This document shows, in pieces, positions 47,978 to 58,384 of a DNA stretch of 64,000 bases. The notes under the pieces were generated by a model. It was not told the origin of the DNA and made no database searches. It saw nothing but the letters and a program-made list of their open reading frames with translations. Source of the stretch: an uncultured Pirellulaceae bacterium (GTDB lineage Bacteria; Planctomycetota; Planctomycetia; Pirellulales; Pirellulaceae); the NCBI GenBank assembly GCA_937929805.1, contig CALFUT010000003.1:730-64729 (forward strand). The letters run 5' to 3'. The stretch's first letter is position 1, and every line of letters starts with the position of its first letter. Position numbers and translations under genes: made by a program.

Positions 47978-48790
47978 ATGAATCCAATCGTAAAGACAGC
48001 AACGATTCCTCACTTGAACTCGTTCCGAAATCTGCTTCCTCCCGGAAACGCTTCGACGGACGTGCTCACCGCAACCGAAGAACAATTGGCTCAAATGAGC
48101 GAAGCGACACTGGACCGACTGAGTGATCGTGTTCATCGCATTGGTTCGCCAGTTGCCGAATTGCAAGTGCCGACCAACGAGTCCAAAACCAAGCTCGCCG
48201 CACCTAGCAAGATCGCTAGTGACGCAATCCAAAACGTTGTCAACCAGATTGCAGAACGATCAAACTCGGCCGTTCCAATGATTCTGTTATTCGCAGGCTC
48301 CGAGCCAAATGAACATGTCGACGAGATGAGTGCACGGATCGCCGCTACCCTTTGCGACACGATGGACTCGCGTGTACTATTGATCGACTCGGACAATGTT
48401 AGCAAAAATCTAACCACGGCTTCGCGCCGCCTGGAAGAGTCCGGCATGACGGAAGTGATCGAGTACAACCGCGATTGGCGTGTGAACCTGCTTAGAAACC
48501 AAAGCTCAAATCTGGACTTTCTTCCCGTTGGAAACGGTTCATTCGGCAGGTGGAATCAGAAAGAGCTACTTCGTAAAGCTGCCTGCGAAATGAAAACGGA
48601 ATATCAGTATATTTGCGTTGCCGTCGGAGACGCACACAGCAAGGCCGCGAAGTTGTGGTCTGACGTTTGCGATGGAAGCTACCTGTTGGTAAGCATCAAA
48701 AACTCGAACGGAACGATCGCAAAATCTGCCGTCACCGAACTCAAAACCAACGGCGCACGATTGCTTGGCTGTATCGCCACCGACGCGTAG
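47978..48790 (+). CDS. CpsD/CapB (BY-kinase)-fold protein with degenerate catalytic motifs
   Basis: Fold markers RVLLIDSD, LDFLPVG, YQYICV, DGSYLLV, GARLLGCI are present. The P-loop reads SEPNEHVDE (no GK). Confidence 0.7.
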   Translation: MNPIVKTATIPHLNSFRNLLPPGNASTDVLTATEEQLAQMSEATLDRLSDRVHRIGSPVAELQVPTNESKTKLAAPSKIASDAIQNVVNQIAERSNSAVPMILLFAGSEPNEHVDEMSARIAATLCDTMDSRVLLIDSDNVSKNLTTASRRLEESGMTEVIEYNRDWRVNLLRNQSSNLDFLPVGNGSFGRWNQKELLRKAACEMKTEYQYICVAVGDAHSKAAKLWSDVCDGSYLLVSIKNSNGTIAKSAVTELKTNGARLLGCIATDA

Positions 48791-48898
48791 CTTTGGCAGC
48801 GGCCGAACGCGAGCCACCTTATCCGCCGAAACGTATCGTCGCGTGTCCGAGCGTAGCATCCGCAATACCGAAATCCTTAGATTCACCGAGATCAATCA

Positions 48899-49930
48899 AT
48901 GCATATCCTAGTCACTGGCGGCGCAGGTTACATCGGAAGTCACACTTGCCTAGAGCTATTGAAAGCAGGCTACGAGGTTACCGTCGTCGACAATCTGTGC
49001 AACAGCTCTGAGGAGTCTTTGCGTCGAGTCCAAAAGCTAACAGGCAAATCCCTTCAGTTTCAGAATGTGGACCTTCGCGATTCCGACGCCTTGGACAAGG
49101 TGTTTGCTGACAACAAGATCGATTCCGTCATTCACTTTGCCGCGCTCAAGGCCGTTGGCGAATCGATGTCTAAACCACTGGACTACTACGAAAACAACAT
49201 CACTGGAACGCTCAACTTGTGCTTTTTAATGCAGAAGCATGGCGTCAAGGATTTTGTTTTCAGCTCCAGCGCGACAGTGTATGGAACACCAAAATCACTG
49301 CCGATGACTGAGGAAGCCGACACTCCGATCCATGAGGTCACCAACCCCTACGGCCGCACCAAATTGATGATGGAGTATGTCTTACGCGATTGGAGCGTTG
49401 CCAACCCGGACGTCAACATTGCTTTACTCCGCTACTTCAACCCTGTCGGCGCTCACGAGTCCGGCCAAATTGGTGAAGACCCGGCTGGAATTCCTAACAA
49501 CCTTTTGCCATATGTCGCTCAAGTCGCCGTCGGTAAACTTAAACAACTGAGTGTCTTTGGTGACGACTATGAAACCGAGGACGGCACAGGAGTTCGAGAC
49601 TACATTCACGTCGTCGATTTGGCCAAGGGACACGTAGCAGCTTTGAAAAAGCTGGAGGAAAAACCGGGCGTGGTAACGTACAACCTCGGAACCGGGCAAG
49701 GCTACAGCGTTCTGGAAATCGTCGCGGCGTTCGAGAAAGCGTCCAGCAAGAAGGTGCCGTACAAAATTTCAGCTCGTCGCAGCGGAGATATCGCGTCAAT
49801 GTATGCCGACCCTTCAAAAGCGACCAGCGAACTTGGCTGGACCGCAAAGTCTGGCATCGACGAGATGTGTGCCGACAGTTGGCGTTGGCAGTCTGCCAAT
49901 CCTGACGGGTACCCAAGTGAAAACGGATAG
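48899..49930 (+). CDS. galE: UDP-glucose 4-epimerase
   Basis: [56 protein letters not shown]. Confidence 0.97.
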   Translation: MHILVTGGAGYIGSHTCLELLKAGYEVTVVDNLCNSSEESLRRVQKLTGKSLQFQNVDLRDSDALDKVFADNKIDSVIHFAALKAVGESMSKPLDYYENNITGTLNLCFLMQKHGVKDFVFSSSATVYGTPKSLPMTEEADTPIHEVTNPYGRTKLMMEYVLRDWSVANPDVNIALLRYFNPVGAHESGQIGEDPAGIPNNLLPYVAQVAVGKLKQLSVFGDDYETEDGTGVRDYIHVVDLAKGHVAALKKLEEKPGVVTYNLGTGQGYSVLEIVAAFEKASSKKVPYKISARRSGDIASMYADPSKATSELGWTAKSGIDEMCADSWRWQSANPDGYPSENG

Positions 49931-49979
49931 CAAATCGCTATTCGCGCCGTGCAACCTAAATGGGTACTTCACAACCCGT

Positions 49980-50876
49980 TCATAAACGATCAATGAACCG
50001 AGCCAGTTGCCGCCAGTATTCTTCCGGCAACGCGTCCCAGTGAGTCATTCCGTCAACCGCGAAAAAGCGTTTTTTGGTCGTCGGGGCAGCGTCAAACAAT
50101 TCGCGTCCCATATGGTTTGGGATCAGTCGGTCAGCCGTTCCATGAGACTGAAACAACGGCCCGTGAAACTCTTTGATCCAATCGACCGAACGAAACTGAT
50201 TCCGCATCACGTATCGGATCGGAAGCCAAGGATACTGGTTCGCGGCAGGCTCTGTTAACGCGTTGAAGGTTCGCTGTAGGACCAATGCTTTGGCTCCATG
50301 TTTTGACGCGAGATGAACCGCCGGTCCTCCGCCGATCGAATGCCCAACCAAAATCACCTCCGACGGAGACTTACCTGTTCTTTTATTCAACCATTTCAAA
50401 GCGGCTTCTGAATCCTCGAGCACACCCTGCTCGGTTGGCACTCCTTCACTCTTCCCAAAGCCCCGATAATCAAACACAAACAGCTCCGCGTTCAATGACG
50501 TCCGAAGCATGTCACCCATGTACCCGGCCGACTGAGCCACGTTCTCTGCGTTCCCGTGACAAAGCAAAATCGTTTCAATGGGGCGAGCAGCTTCAAGCGA
50601 AAGACTTTCTTCAGAGTCACTTTCGTCCGCAGCGCTTTCGCCAGATGGAGCTTCTTGGATTTCTGGCGGCGGCAAATACCAACCGACCAATCGGGTTCCA
50701 TCGGCCGAGAGAAACTGAACCTCTTCGAACTCGAAATCGGTTGGCGTCCAGTTCCCTCGCGGATATTTTGAACCGGGGTAAACTAACGACGTCTCGTTCG
50801 CCATCAGGAACAGCAAGATGCCAACGTAAAGAACGACGACGGTGATCGCGATTCGCTTAAGGGTGCGGATGATCAT
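49980..50876 (-). CDS. Alpha/beta hydrolase (ABHD13/17, BEM46-like)
   Basis: CHGNAEN, FDYRGFGKSEG, GHSIG nucleophile elbow, HGTADRLIP. Confidence 0.9.
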   Translation of the reverse strand: MIIRTLKRIAITVVVLYVGILLFLMANETSLVYPGSKYPRGNWTPTDFEFEEVQFLSADGTRLVGWYLPPPEIQEAPSGESAADESDSEESLSLEAARPIETILLCHGNAENVAQSAGYMGDMLRTSLNAELFVFDYRGFGKSEGVPTEQGVLEDSEAALKWLNKRTGKSPSEVILVGHSIGGGPAVHLASKHGAKALVLQRTFNALTEPAANQYPWLPIRYVMRNQFRSVDWIKEFHGPLFQSHGTADRLIPNHMGRELFDAAPTTKKRFFAVDGMTHWDALPEEYWRQLARFIDRL

Positions 50877-50927
50877 TTGTAAACTTGGTTAAACCAATAC
50901 CGATACCAACTTGGATTGCGAACAAGT

Positions 50928-51674
50928 ATGACAGGCAATGAACTTGATGAAAGTCCAATCGATCAAAGCCTTGCGATCATCATTGCGACTTACAATGAAA
51001 TCGACAACTTGCCGACGCTTGTTGAGCAACTGACTTCGCTACTACCGGAGGCGGAGATTTTAGTGATCGACGACAATTCGCCCGACGGGACCGGCAACTG
51101 GTGTGACGAAAACAAGTCACGCTACCCATCGCTCCATTGCATTCATCGTAGCGGCAAACTTGGCTTAGGCTCGGCAACGGTCGAGGGTTTGGGCTGGGCA
51201 ATCGACCAACGGCATTCTTTCGTCGCGACCATGGACGCCGATTTCAGCCACAACCCGGCGACACTGCCCGATTTGTTTCGAAAGATTTCACAAGACGCGG
51301 ACGAAAAACTGGCTGTCGCGATCGGCAGCCGCTATGTGCCGGGGGGAGCCATTGAAGGCTGGCCGTGGTTTCGTCGGTTTGCATCCAAAGCCGTCAACCG
51401 GTTTGCTAGACTGTGGCTTGGTCTAAGCACTCGCGACAACAGCGGCGCGTTTCGGGTTTATCGAACAAGTGCTTTGCAAGCAATCGGGCTCGAATCAATC
51501 CACAGCAAGTCGTACTCGTACCTTGAGGAAATCTTGTATCGCCTGAAGCAAGCAGGTTTTCGATTTACGGAACACCCAATCGTTTTCAAAGATCGAGAAC
51601 ATGGCGTGACCAAAACGAACTGGAAGCTTGGCGTAAAAGTCTTTTGGGAACTTTTCTTGTTTCGATTTACCTGA
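50928..51674 (+). CDS. Polyprenol monophosphomannose synthase (GT2, DPM1-like)
   Basis: IATYNEIDNL, IDDNSPDGT, MDADFSH, GSRYVPGG, RDNSGAFR. Confidence 0.9.
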   Translation: MTGNELDESPIDQSLAIIIATYNEIDNLPTLVEQLTSLLPEAEILVIDDNSPDGTGNWCDENKSRYPSLHCIHRSGKLGLGSATVEGLGWAIDQRHSFVATMDADFSHNPATLPDLFRKISQDADEKLAVAIGSRYVPGGAIEGWPWFRRFASKAVNRFARLWLGLSTRDNSGAFRVYRTSALQAIGLESIHSKSYSYLEEILYRLKQAGFRFTEHPIVFKDREHGVTKTNWKLGVKVFWELFLFRFT

Positions 51675-51862
51675 CCCAAACTCGTTCACGCTTTCATCTA
51701 TCAAAGCAAGCCTGTCGAAACCAATTGATCGGCTTTCATCGCCGCGTTTGATGTTTGATTGACATTCAGCAGCCAACGCAATTAGACTGATCCGATCGAA
51801 TCCGGTTGGCGTAAGACTTCGCCGCTAGTTTCAAACCACTTGAAAAAGATGAGACCCGTAAT

Positions 51863-53821
51863 ATGTCAGACAGTAATTCCGGCCAAATCGACAACGTGAT
51901 GCAGGAAGACCGGCTCTTCCCGCCCGCCGCAAGCTTCAGCGAGAAGGCGGTTATCAAGTCGATGGACGATTACCAGCAGCTATACGATCGCGTGAAAGCC
52001 GATCCAGAAGCGTACTGGGAAGCGGAAGCGAAGTCGGAACTGCATTGGTTCGAGCCCTTCGATTCGGTTTTGCAAAAGGACGGAATCGACGTCCGTTGGT
52101 TCGACGGCGGCAAGACAAACATTTGCTACAACTGCATCGACAGAAACATCGATGCCGGACATGGTGACCAAGACGCAATTATCTGGGAAGGAGAACCCGG
52201 AGACACTCGCACCCTGACTTACAACCAGCTGCACCATGAGGTTTGCAAGTTCGCTAATGTGCTCAAAGGGCTGGGCGTTGGCCAAGGAGACGTTGTCTCG
52301 ATCTACATGCCGATGACGCCAGAGATTGCCATCGCGATGCTGGCTTGCGTTCGTATCGGAGCCATTCACAGCGTCATTTTTGCCGGCTTCTCTGCTGAAG
52401 CGATCGCCGACCGAAACAACGATGCCTCGGCAAAGGTTCAACTTACCGCCGATGGTTTGTGGCGGCGAGGAAAAATCATACCGCTCAAGCAAACGGTCGA
52501 CGCGGCCTTGGAGAAATCCCCAACTGTCGAACATTGCATCGTTCTAAAGCGCGTCGAAAACGATTGCGACATGACCAATGGCCGCGATCACTGGTGGCAC
52601 GACCTGACCTCCGAAGCCAGCGACGACTGCCCCGCTACGCCGCTTGATAGTGAAGCGACCTCATTCATTCTTTACACCAGCGGATCAACGGGAAAGCCGA
52701 AAGGCATTCGCCACACAACAGCCGGTTACAACTTATGGGCCAAAAAGACATTCCAATGGGTCTTCGATTGGCGGCCGGATGACATTTATTGGTGCACCGC
52801 CGATTGTGGCTGGATCACGGGGCACAGCTACATCGTGTACGGGCCACTGGCTGCCGGCGCCACCATGCTGATGTATGAAGGCGCTCCCAACTTTCCGGCC
52901 GAAGACAGATTCTGGGACTTGGTTGAGAAATACAAAGTCTCGATCCTTTACACAGCACCGACGGCAATCCGAGCATTTGTAAAATGGGGCGACCAGCACA
53001 TCGACAAGCATGACCTTAGCAGCCTGCGATTGTTGGGCACGGTGGGTGAAGGCATCAACCCTGACACGTGGATCTGGTACCACGAGAAGATCGGTGGCGG
53101 TCGATGTCCAATCGTTGACACGTGGTGGCAAACGGAAACCGGCGGCATCATGATGAGTCCACTCCCGGGTGCGATTCCAACCAAGCCCGGAAGTTGCACC
53201 AAACCACTTCCGGGTGTCGTTCCCAAGATCGTTGACGAATCACTCGAACCCGTGGGCGTGAATCAAGGCGGCATGCTGTGCATCGCTGAACCTTGGCCCG
53301 GCATGCTACGGGGCATCTGGGGCGACGAAGAACGGTTCAAGGAACAATATTGGTCGACCGTGCCCGGCTGCTATCTGACCGGCGACAACGCACGGCTGGA
53401 CGACGATGGTTACTATTGGATCATGGGTCGCATCGACGACGTGATTAATGTGTCTGGGCACCGACTCAGCACGATCGAAGTCGAAAGCGCGATGGTGTCG
53501 CATCCAAACGTGGCCGAATGTGCGGCTGTTGGTCGTCCGCACGATATCAAAGGTCAGGCGATCGCCGTCTTCATCACACTCAAGGATGTCGAAGCCAGCG
53601 ATGCGATTCGTGACGAGCTGAAACTTCACGTCCGCAAAGAGATCGGTGCTTTGGCCGTTCCGGATGACATTCGATTCTGCGAAGCCGTTCCAAAGACGCG
53701 TAGCGGCAAGATCATGCGTCGACTTCTTCGCGATATCGCCGCCGGTCGAGAAGCAGCCGGCGACACGAGTACGCTTGAGGACTTTAGCGTGTTGGCCAAA
53801 CTCCGTGGCGATGAAGATTGA
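51863..53821 (+). CDS. acs: Acetyl-CoA synthetase (AMP-forming)
   Basis: [45 protein letters not shown]. Confidence 0.97.
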   Translation: MSDSNSGQIDNVMQEDRLFPPAASFSEKAVIKSMDDYQQLYDRVKADPEAYWEAEAKSELHWFEPFDSVLQKDGIDVRWFDGGKTNICYNCIDRNIDAGHGDQDAIIWEGEPGDTRTLTYNQLHHEVCKFANVLKGLGVGQGDVVSIYMPMTPEIAIAMLACVRIGAIHSVIFAGFSAEAIADRNNDASAKVQLTADGLWRRGKIIPLKQTVDAALEKSPTVEHCIVLKRVENDCDMTNGRDHWWHDLTSEASDDCPATPLDSEATSFILYTSGSTGKPKGIRHTTAGYNLWAKKTFQWVFDWRPDDIYWCTADCGWITGHSYIVYGPLAAGATMLMYEGAPNFPAEDRFWDLVEKYKVSILYTAPTAIRAFVKWGDQHIDKHDLSSLRLLGTVGEGINPDTWIWYHEKIGGGRCPIVDTWWQTETGGIMMSPLPGAIPTKPGSCTKPLPGVVPKIVDESLEPVGVNQGGMLCIAEPWPGMLRGIWGDEERFKEQYWSTVPGCYLTGDNARLDDDGYYWIMGRIDDVINVSGHRLSTIEVESAMVSHPNVAECAAVGRPHDIKGQAIAVFITLKDVEASDAIRDELKLHVRKEIGALAVPDDIRFCEAVPKTRSGKIMRRLLRDIAAGREAAGDTSTLEDFSVLAKLRGDED

Positions 53822-53886
53822 TTTTTCGCAATGTCATACTAGTGCCGCGAAAGCCGGTAGCAATTTTAATAAGTCAAACCGGCGCA

Positions 53887-54393
53887 ATGACCAAAAATAA
53901 AAATAAAAAACAACGGAAGACTTTCAAACTGCCTACCGAAGGTCCGCTCTACGAATCAGATGATGAATGGGCAGTTGCCTCGCCGGACGGCACGATTTTT
54001 GAACCTCCGGAATCGAACGAACCGTTTGGCTCCGAACCTTCCATGCCAACCCCGGCGGAAGCACGTGCGCAACAGTTGGAAATGATTCGCAACGTGTTCG
54101 CGTTTGAGAAGCTGGCTTGGAAAGGCTTTCAAACGATTCTTGTTTCGATTCTGTTTTTTGCCACAGGGACTTCTTTGGCCGGAGGTTTTCTTGGCTGGGC
54201 GTTCCCAAACTACTGTCGGTTTATCTTCGGAGCGTTTGATCGTGTCGACTTCAAACCGTGGATCGGCGGACTGGCCCATGGGCTCGTGCTGGGCGCTTTG
54301 GCGGGTGCGGTGATCGGGTGCGTTGTCGTGGCCAGCGTGGCGCTCTACCAGTCGCGCAGCTGGAAAAACTTGCAGGAACAGCGTGAGCCATAG
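53887..54393 (+). CDS. Membrane protein with acidic N-terminus and two TM helices
   Basis: Lys-rich start, P/E-rich segment, hydrophobic C-terminal half. Confidence 0.7.
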   Translation: MTKNKNKKQRKTFKLPTEGPLYESDDEWAVASPDGTIFEPPESNEPFGSEPSMPTPAEARAQQLEMIRNVFAFEKLAWKGFQTILVSILFFATGTSLAGGFLGWAFPNYCRFIFGAFDRVDFKPWIGGLAHGLVLGALAGAVIGCVVVASVALYQSRSWKNLQEQREP

Positions 54394-54553
54394 AGCGCCA
54401 ACTTTGCGCCAACTTTGCGATAACTCTGCTCTAAGTCTTTTCTAACTCTACGGTGACTTCACGGCGATTCAGCGGCACCTTAAGTCTCCTTCCGCTAAGG
54501 TGGCGAACCCAACCTTCATCCCATCCAAATGGCCGGTTATCACCCCAAGTTAG

Positions 54554-54582
54554 TGGACAGTTTGTGCTGCCTAAAGTAAACT
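54554..54582 (+). promoter_or_regulatory. Candidate promoter TGGACA-17-TAAACT
   Basis: Sigma70-like hexamers upstream of the DUF1549/1553 gene. Confidence 0.4.
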
Positions 54583-54720
54583 AGAATCGTCGGAGCCACC
54601 ACTGTCCTCCGCGAATTCAAGAGCTCACGCGATAGCGATTTGTCGGGCAGGAGTGCCCTACGCGAGCGATGATTGTCGTTTAGTTCGCGTTCATACGTTC
54701 GGACAGGAAATTGGGACGAA

Positions 54721-56928
54721 ATGATGGGTCAGGCAATTAACTCACAGCGCAGGTTCAAACGGAACTTCTATCGAGCTCAAGCGATCACCGCGACCGTTTG
54801 CATGTCGTTGTCGGTTGGCATCACGTCGATTGCATTTGCTCAATCGGGTTCGGATACCAAGAGCTCGTCTGCGGCCAATGAGTCCACAACGGCTGATGGA
54901 TCGTCAGCTAAGCAGTCTGCAGGCCGTAGTCTGACCACGGGCTTGAAGACACCCCGCTCCACTGATGATGGCTCCAATACGAAAAACTCGAACTCAAGAA
55001 GCCTAACCAAAGGGCTGAGCAAAAAGAACTCGAGCGGTGCCGACAGCAAGAACAGCAATGCGAACAAAGGCAGCTCGACTCGTAACCAACCGGGCGGGTC
55101 GAACATTGACTTCTCGAAAGTGCCCAAGTACCAGCGTCTTGAGTCAACCGAGTTAAACGCGGACCTTCTGAACGCGGCCCTCGATTCTGCCGAAAAGATC
55201 GACGCGATGATCGACAAGGGCCTGAAGGAAAACAAGGTCCGCCCGGAGAAGGTGACCGACGACTACGAGTTCGTTCGACGAGCCTACTTGGACATTTCAG
55301 GAACCATCCCCACCGGCCGTCAAGCAGTTGCGTTTGTTCGTTCTCGAAAAAGCCGCGATGAAAAACGGTCGGCACTGGTCGACCATCTGCTGAACTCGCA
55401 AGGTTACGTCAGCCACTCCTTCAATCTCTGGGCGGAGATTCTGCGACTGACAGACAATGTTCCTAGAACTGCCAACCTGCGCCCCTACAACGATTGGGTC
55501 AAAGATGCGATCGCGAACGACATGCCTTACAACGACTTTGTGTCGCAGTTGTTGTCGGCTGAAGGTCGCATCTGGGAAAACCCACCCGTTGGCTACGCGC
55601 TTCGCGACCGAGACATGAACATGGCGATCTTGGACAACTCGATGCGTACTTTTTTGGGTACGCGGATCGGATGTGCTCAGTGTCACGACCACCCGTTCGA
55701 CACATGGACGCAAAAGCAGTTTTACGAACTGGCGGCGTTCATTCACGGGACTCGCACCAATCACATGGCCGGTGCGATTGAACAAGCGATCGCCCCCTAC
55801 CGAAGCGAACTGGAACAGCTACCCGAAACGATCGAAACGGCCGAACTGAAAAATCGACTCGATCGCGTTATTGACCAAAGCATCATCGGCGTTATTGAAG
55901 ATCGAGACGCGCGGCTAAGACTACCCAAAGATTACAAGTACGACAACGCTCGCCCGCGTCAAAAGGTTGAGCCAAAAGTCGCCTTTGGTTCTCCTCCCGT
56001 GATTGAACCGGGCGTTCCATTGAGGGCAACGTTCGCCGATTGGGTCACGTCGCCAGAAAACCCTCGATTCGCCATGACCATCGCCAATCGATTGTGGAAG
56101 CGAGTCTTTGGGGTCGGGTTAATTGAGCCCATCGACAATCACAACGACGCGACGGAGGCGAGCAATCAAGAACTTCTCGATTTTTTGGTCGCCGAGTTTC
56201 AGCGTGTTGGCTATCGGCAGCGTGAGTTCTTGCGAATCCTGTACAACACGAAAGCCTACCAGCGAAAGGCTTTCTTGGGTGACTGGAACCCCAACCAACC
56301 GTACTACTTTCAAGGTCCCATCCTTCGTCGGATGACGGCTCAACAGCTTTGGGATTCGATGCTGACGCTTACGTTAGCCGACCCAGACCTTTATGAGCGG
56401 CCTCGTGGTGAAGAGTCGCTGAAAGTCGTTGCGCTTGATCCGGACAAAACGTACTCGATGAGTGACATCAAGAAAAAGTATGAGATGTACCGACGCGAGC
56501 GTAGCGACAAAGGCCAAGAAGCAAAACTCAACAAGGTTCATTCCCACGACGGCTATTTGCTCGTTCGCGCCTCGGAAATGCCCCAACCTCAACGCCCCGA
56601 CCATTTCCTTCGTCAATTTGGCCAAGGTGACCGGACGTTGATTTCGGGCGATTCGGTCGAAGGCCATGTTCCTCAGATTTTAACGATGTTCAACGGGCCG
56701 ATTTCTCACAAACTGCTTTACGAGGGAACGGTTATCTACGACGAAGTGGCGGGCGCATCCACTGCCAGCAACAAAATCGAGGTGATCTTCCTGAGCATTC
56801 TCACGCGTCCTCCAACGCGACTTGACAAACGGGTCGCGATGGCTGAGATGGAATCCGCAGGTGCCGCAGGCGTCGGCAATCTGATTTGGTCGCTTTTAAA
56901 CACTCGCGAGTTCATGTTTATCCAATAG
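54721..56928 (+). CDS. DUF1549/DUF1553 (PSD1) domain protein
   Basis: EFVRRAYLDISGTIPT, FLGTRIGCAQCHDHPFD, NRLWKRVFGVGLIEP, LWSLLNTREF; signal peptide and S/K/N-rich linker. Start uncertain. Confidence 0.93.
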   Translation: MMGQAINSQRRFKRNFYRAQAITATVCMSLSVGITSIAFAQSGSDTKSSSAANESTTADGSSAKQSAGRSLTTGLKTPRSTDDGSNTKNSNSRSLTKGLSKKNSSGADSKNSNANKGSSTRNQPGGSNIDFSKVPKYQRLESTELNADLLNAALDSAEKIDAMIDKGLKENKVRPEKVTDDYEFVRRAYLDISGTIPTGRQAVAFVRSRKSRDEKRSALVDHLLNSQGYVSHSFNLWAEILRLTDNVPRTANLRPYNDWVKDAIANDMPYNDFVSQLLSAEGRIWENPPVGYALRDRDMNMAILDNSMRTFLGTRIGCAQCHDHPFDTWTQKQFYELAAFIHGTRTNHMAGAIEQAIAPYRSELEQLPETIETAELKNRLDRVIDQSIIGVIEDRDARLRLPKDYKYDNARPRQKVEPKVAFGSPPVIEPGVPLRATFADWVTSPENPRFAMTIANRLWKRVFGVGLIEPIDNHNDATEASNQELLDFLVAEFQRVGYRQREFLRILYNTKAYQRKAFLGDWNPNQPYYFQGPILRRMTAQQLWDSMLTLTLADPDLYERPRGEESLKVVALDPDKTYSMSDIKKKYEMYRRERSDKGQEAKLNKVHSHDGYLLVRASEMPQPQRPDHFLRQFGQGDRTLISGDSVEGHVPQILTMFNGPISHKLLYEGTVIYDEVAGASTASNKIEVIFLSILTRPPTRLDKRVAMAEMESAGAAGVGNLIWSLLNTREFMFIQ

Positions 56929-56939
56929 GGTACAGGCTG

Positions 56940-58259
56940 ATGTTTTCTTTTTTAAACACGGACGATCCGAAAGATCTCCAGCGACGAAGCTTCATGACAC
57001 GGGTTGCGGCGGGTCTTCTTGGCGTGAATCTGTTCGGTCACGCTTCCGGCAGCGGCTTGTTCGGCTCAACGCCACTGGCAACGGGTGCGACGCCACTGTC
57101 CAAGCCCAAGGGTAAGGCCAAGCGCGTCATCTACTTGAACATGCGCGGGGCGATGAGCCAATTCGAAACGTTCGCTCCCAAACCTGGTACCGAGGTACAG
57201 GGGGAAACCAAAACGATTGACACGAAGGTGTCGGGCGTAAAGTTCGCTGAGCACGTTCCGATGCTTGCAGCGCTGACAAAGGACTTGGCGGTGATTCGAT
57301 CGATGAACACCGAAACCGGAGTTCACGAACAGGCTCAGTACACGATGCAGACGGGGTATCGAAAAATTGCGTCAACCAGCCACCCGTCTCTCGGACCGTG
57401 GATTCATCGTCTGTCGGGGCGTGACAACCCAATTCTCCCGGCGACCGTTGCGATCAGTTGCGGTTCGGGCTATCAGGGAGCCGGTTACTTGGGCTCGCAG
57501 TACACGCCCGTGCCGGTCGGTGATCCAAAAAAAGGCTTGCAAAATATCAAACCGCCAAAGTACCTGTCGGAATCTCAATTTAGTCACCGCATGAATTTGG
57601 TTGACGCGTTCGACAAGAAGTTCCGCAAAACCGCCAAGAACGCAGCCGTTACCGGATACACCGAACTCTACGATGAAGCGATTAACTTAATGCGAAGCGA
57701 GGACCTGAAAGCGTTCGACCTGAGCCAAGAGGCTGAAAAAATTCGCAAGGCCTATGGCAACGATCGGTTCGGCCAAGGTTGTTTACTGGCAAGACGTCTT
57801 GCTCAAGGCGGAGTGAAATACATCGAGGTCGCGATGGGCGGATGGGACGATCACCGCAATCTGTTTCGATCACTTCCCAGACGAGCACGGACGATGGATC
57901 AAGGTGCCTCGGCGTTGATCACTGACTTGAAAAGCCTAGGCATGCTTGACGAAACACTTGTTGTGCTTAGCACTGAGTTTGGCCGAACTTCAAACATCAA
58001 TATGAATGCAGGCCGCGACCACAGCCCCGGTGCATTCTGCAGCGTGATGGCAGGGGGCGGAATCAAAGGCGGCCTGCTATACGGCGAAACCGACGAAACC
58101 GGTCGGACGGTGGAAGATGACCCGGTCACGATAATGGATTTCAACGCCACAATCGCGTACGCCATGGGCATCGATCATGAGAAAGAAATCACTTCCCCCG
58201 ACGATCGCCCTTTCACGATGGGCAACGGTGGTGAACCCGTAACCGACTTGTTCGGTTAG
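56940..58259 (+). CDS. DUF1501 domain protein (Tat-type signal)
   Basis: QRRSFM, GAMSQFETFAPKP, FGQGCLLARRL, GGWDDH, TEFGRT, GRDH. Confidence 0.94.
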   Translation: MFSFLNTDDPKDLQRRSFMTRVAAGLLGVNLFGHASGSGLFGSTPLATGATPLSKPKGKAKRVIYLNMRGAMSQFETFAPKPGTEVQGETKTIDTKVSGVKFAEHVPMLAALTKDLAVIRSMNTETGVHEQAQYTMQTGYRKIASTSHPSLGPWIHRLSGRDNPILPATVAISCGSGYQGAGYLGSQYTPVPVGDPKKGLQNIKPPKYLSESQFSHRMNLVDAFDKKFRKTAKNAAVTGYTELYDEAINLMRSEDLKAFDLSQEAEKIRKAYGNDRFGQGCLLARRLAQGGVKYIEVAMGGWDDHRNLFRSLPRRARTMDQGASALITDLKSLGMLDETLVVLSTEFGRTSNINMNAGRDHSPGAFCSVMAGGGIKGGLLYGETDETGRTVEDDPVTIMDFNATIAYAMGIDHEKEITSPDDRPFTMGNGGEPVTDLFG

Positions 58260-58340
58260 CTAGAAAACCGACCTGTTCGGTTAGCTAAAAAACCGATTTG
58301 TTCGGTTCGTCAAAAAACCGACCTGTTCGGTTAGCCGGAA
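58241..58340. repeat. 4 x 25-bp tandem palindromic repeat overlapping the DUF1501 stop codon
   Basis: Unit AACCGA(C/T)(C/T)TGTTCGGTTnGnnnnAA at 58241, 58266, 58291 and 58316; each is an AACCGA/TCGGTT hairpin. Confidence 0.9.
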
Positions 58341-58384
58341 CCGTCGACTGGTTCGACTAGATTCGGCACATCGTTAGACCACGA

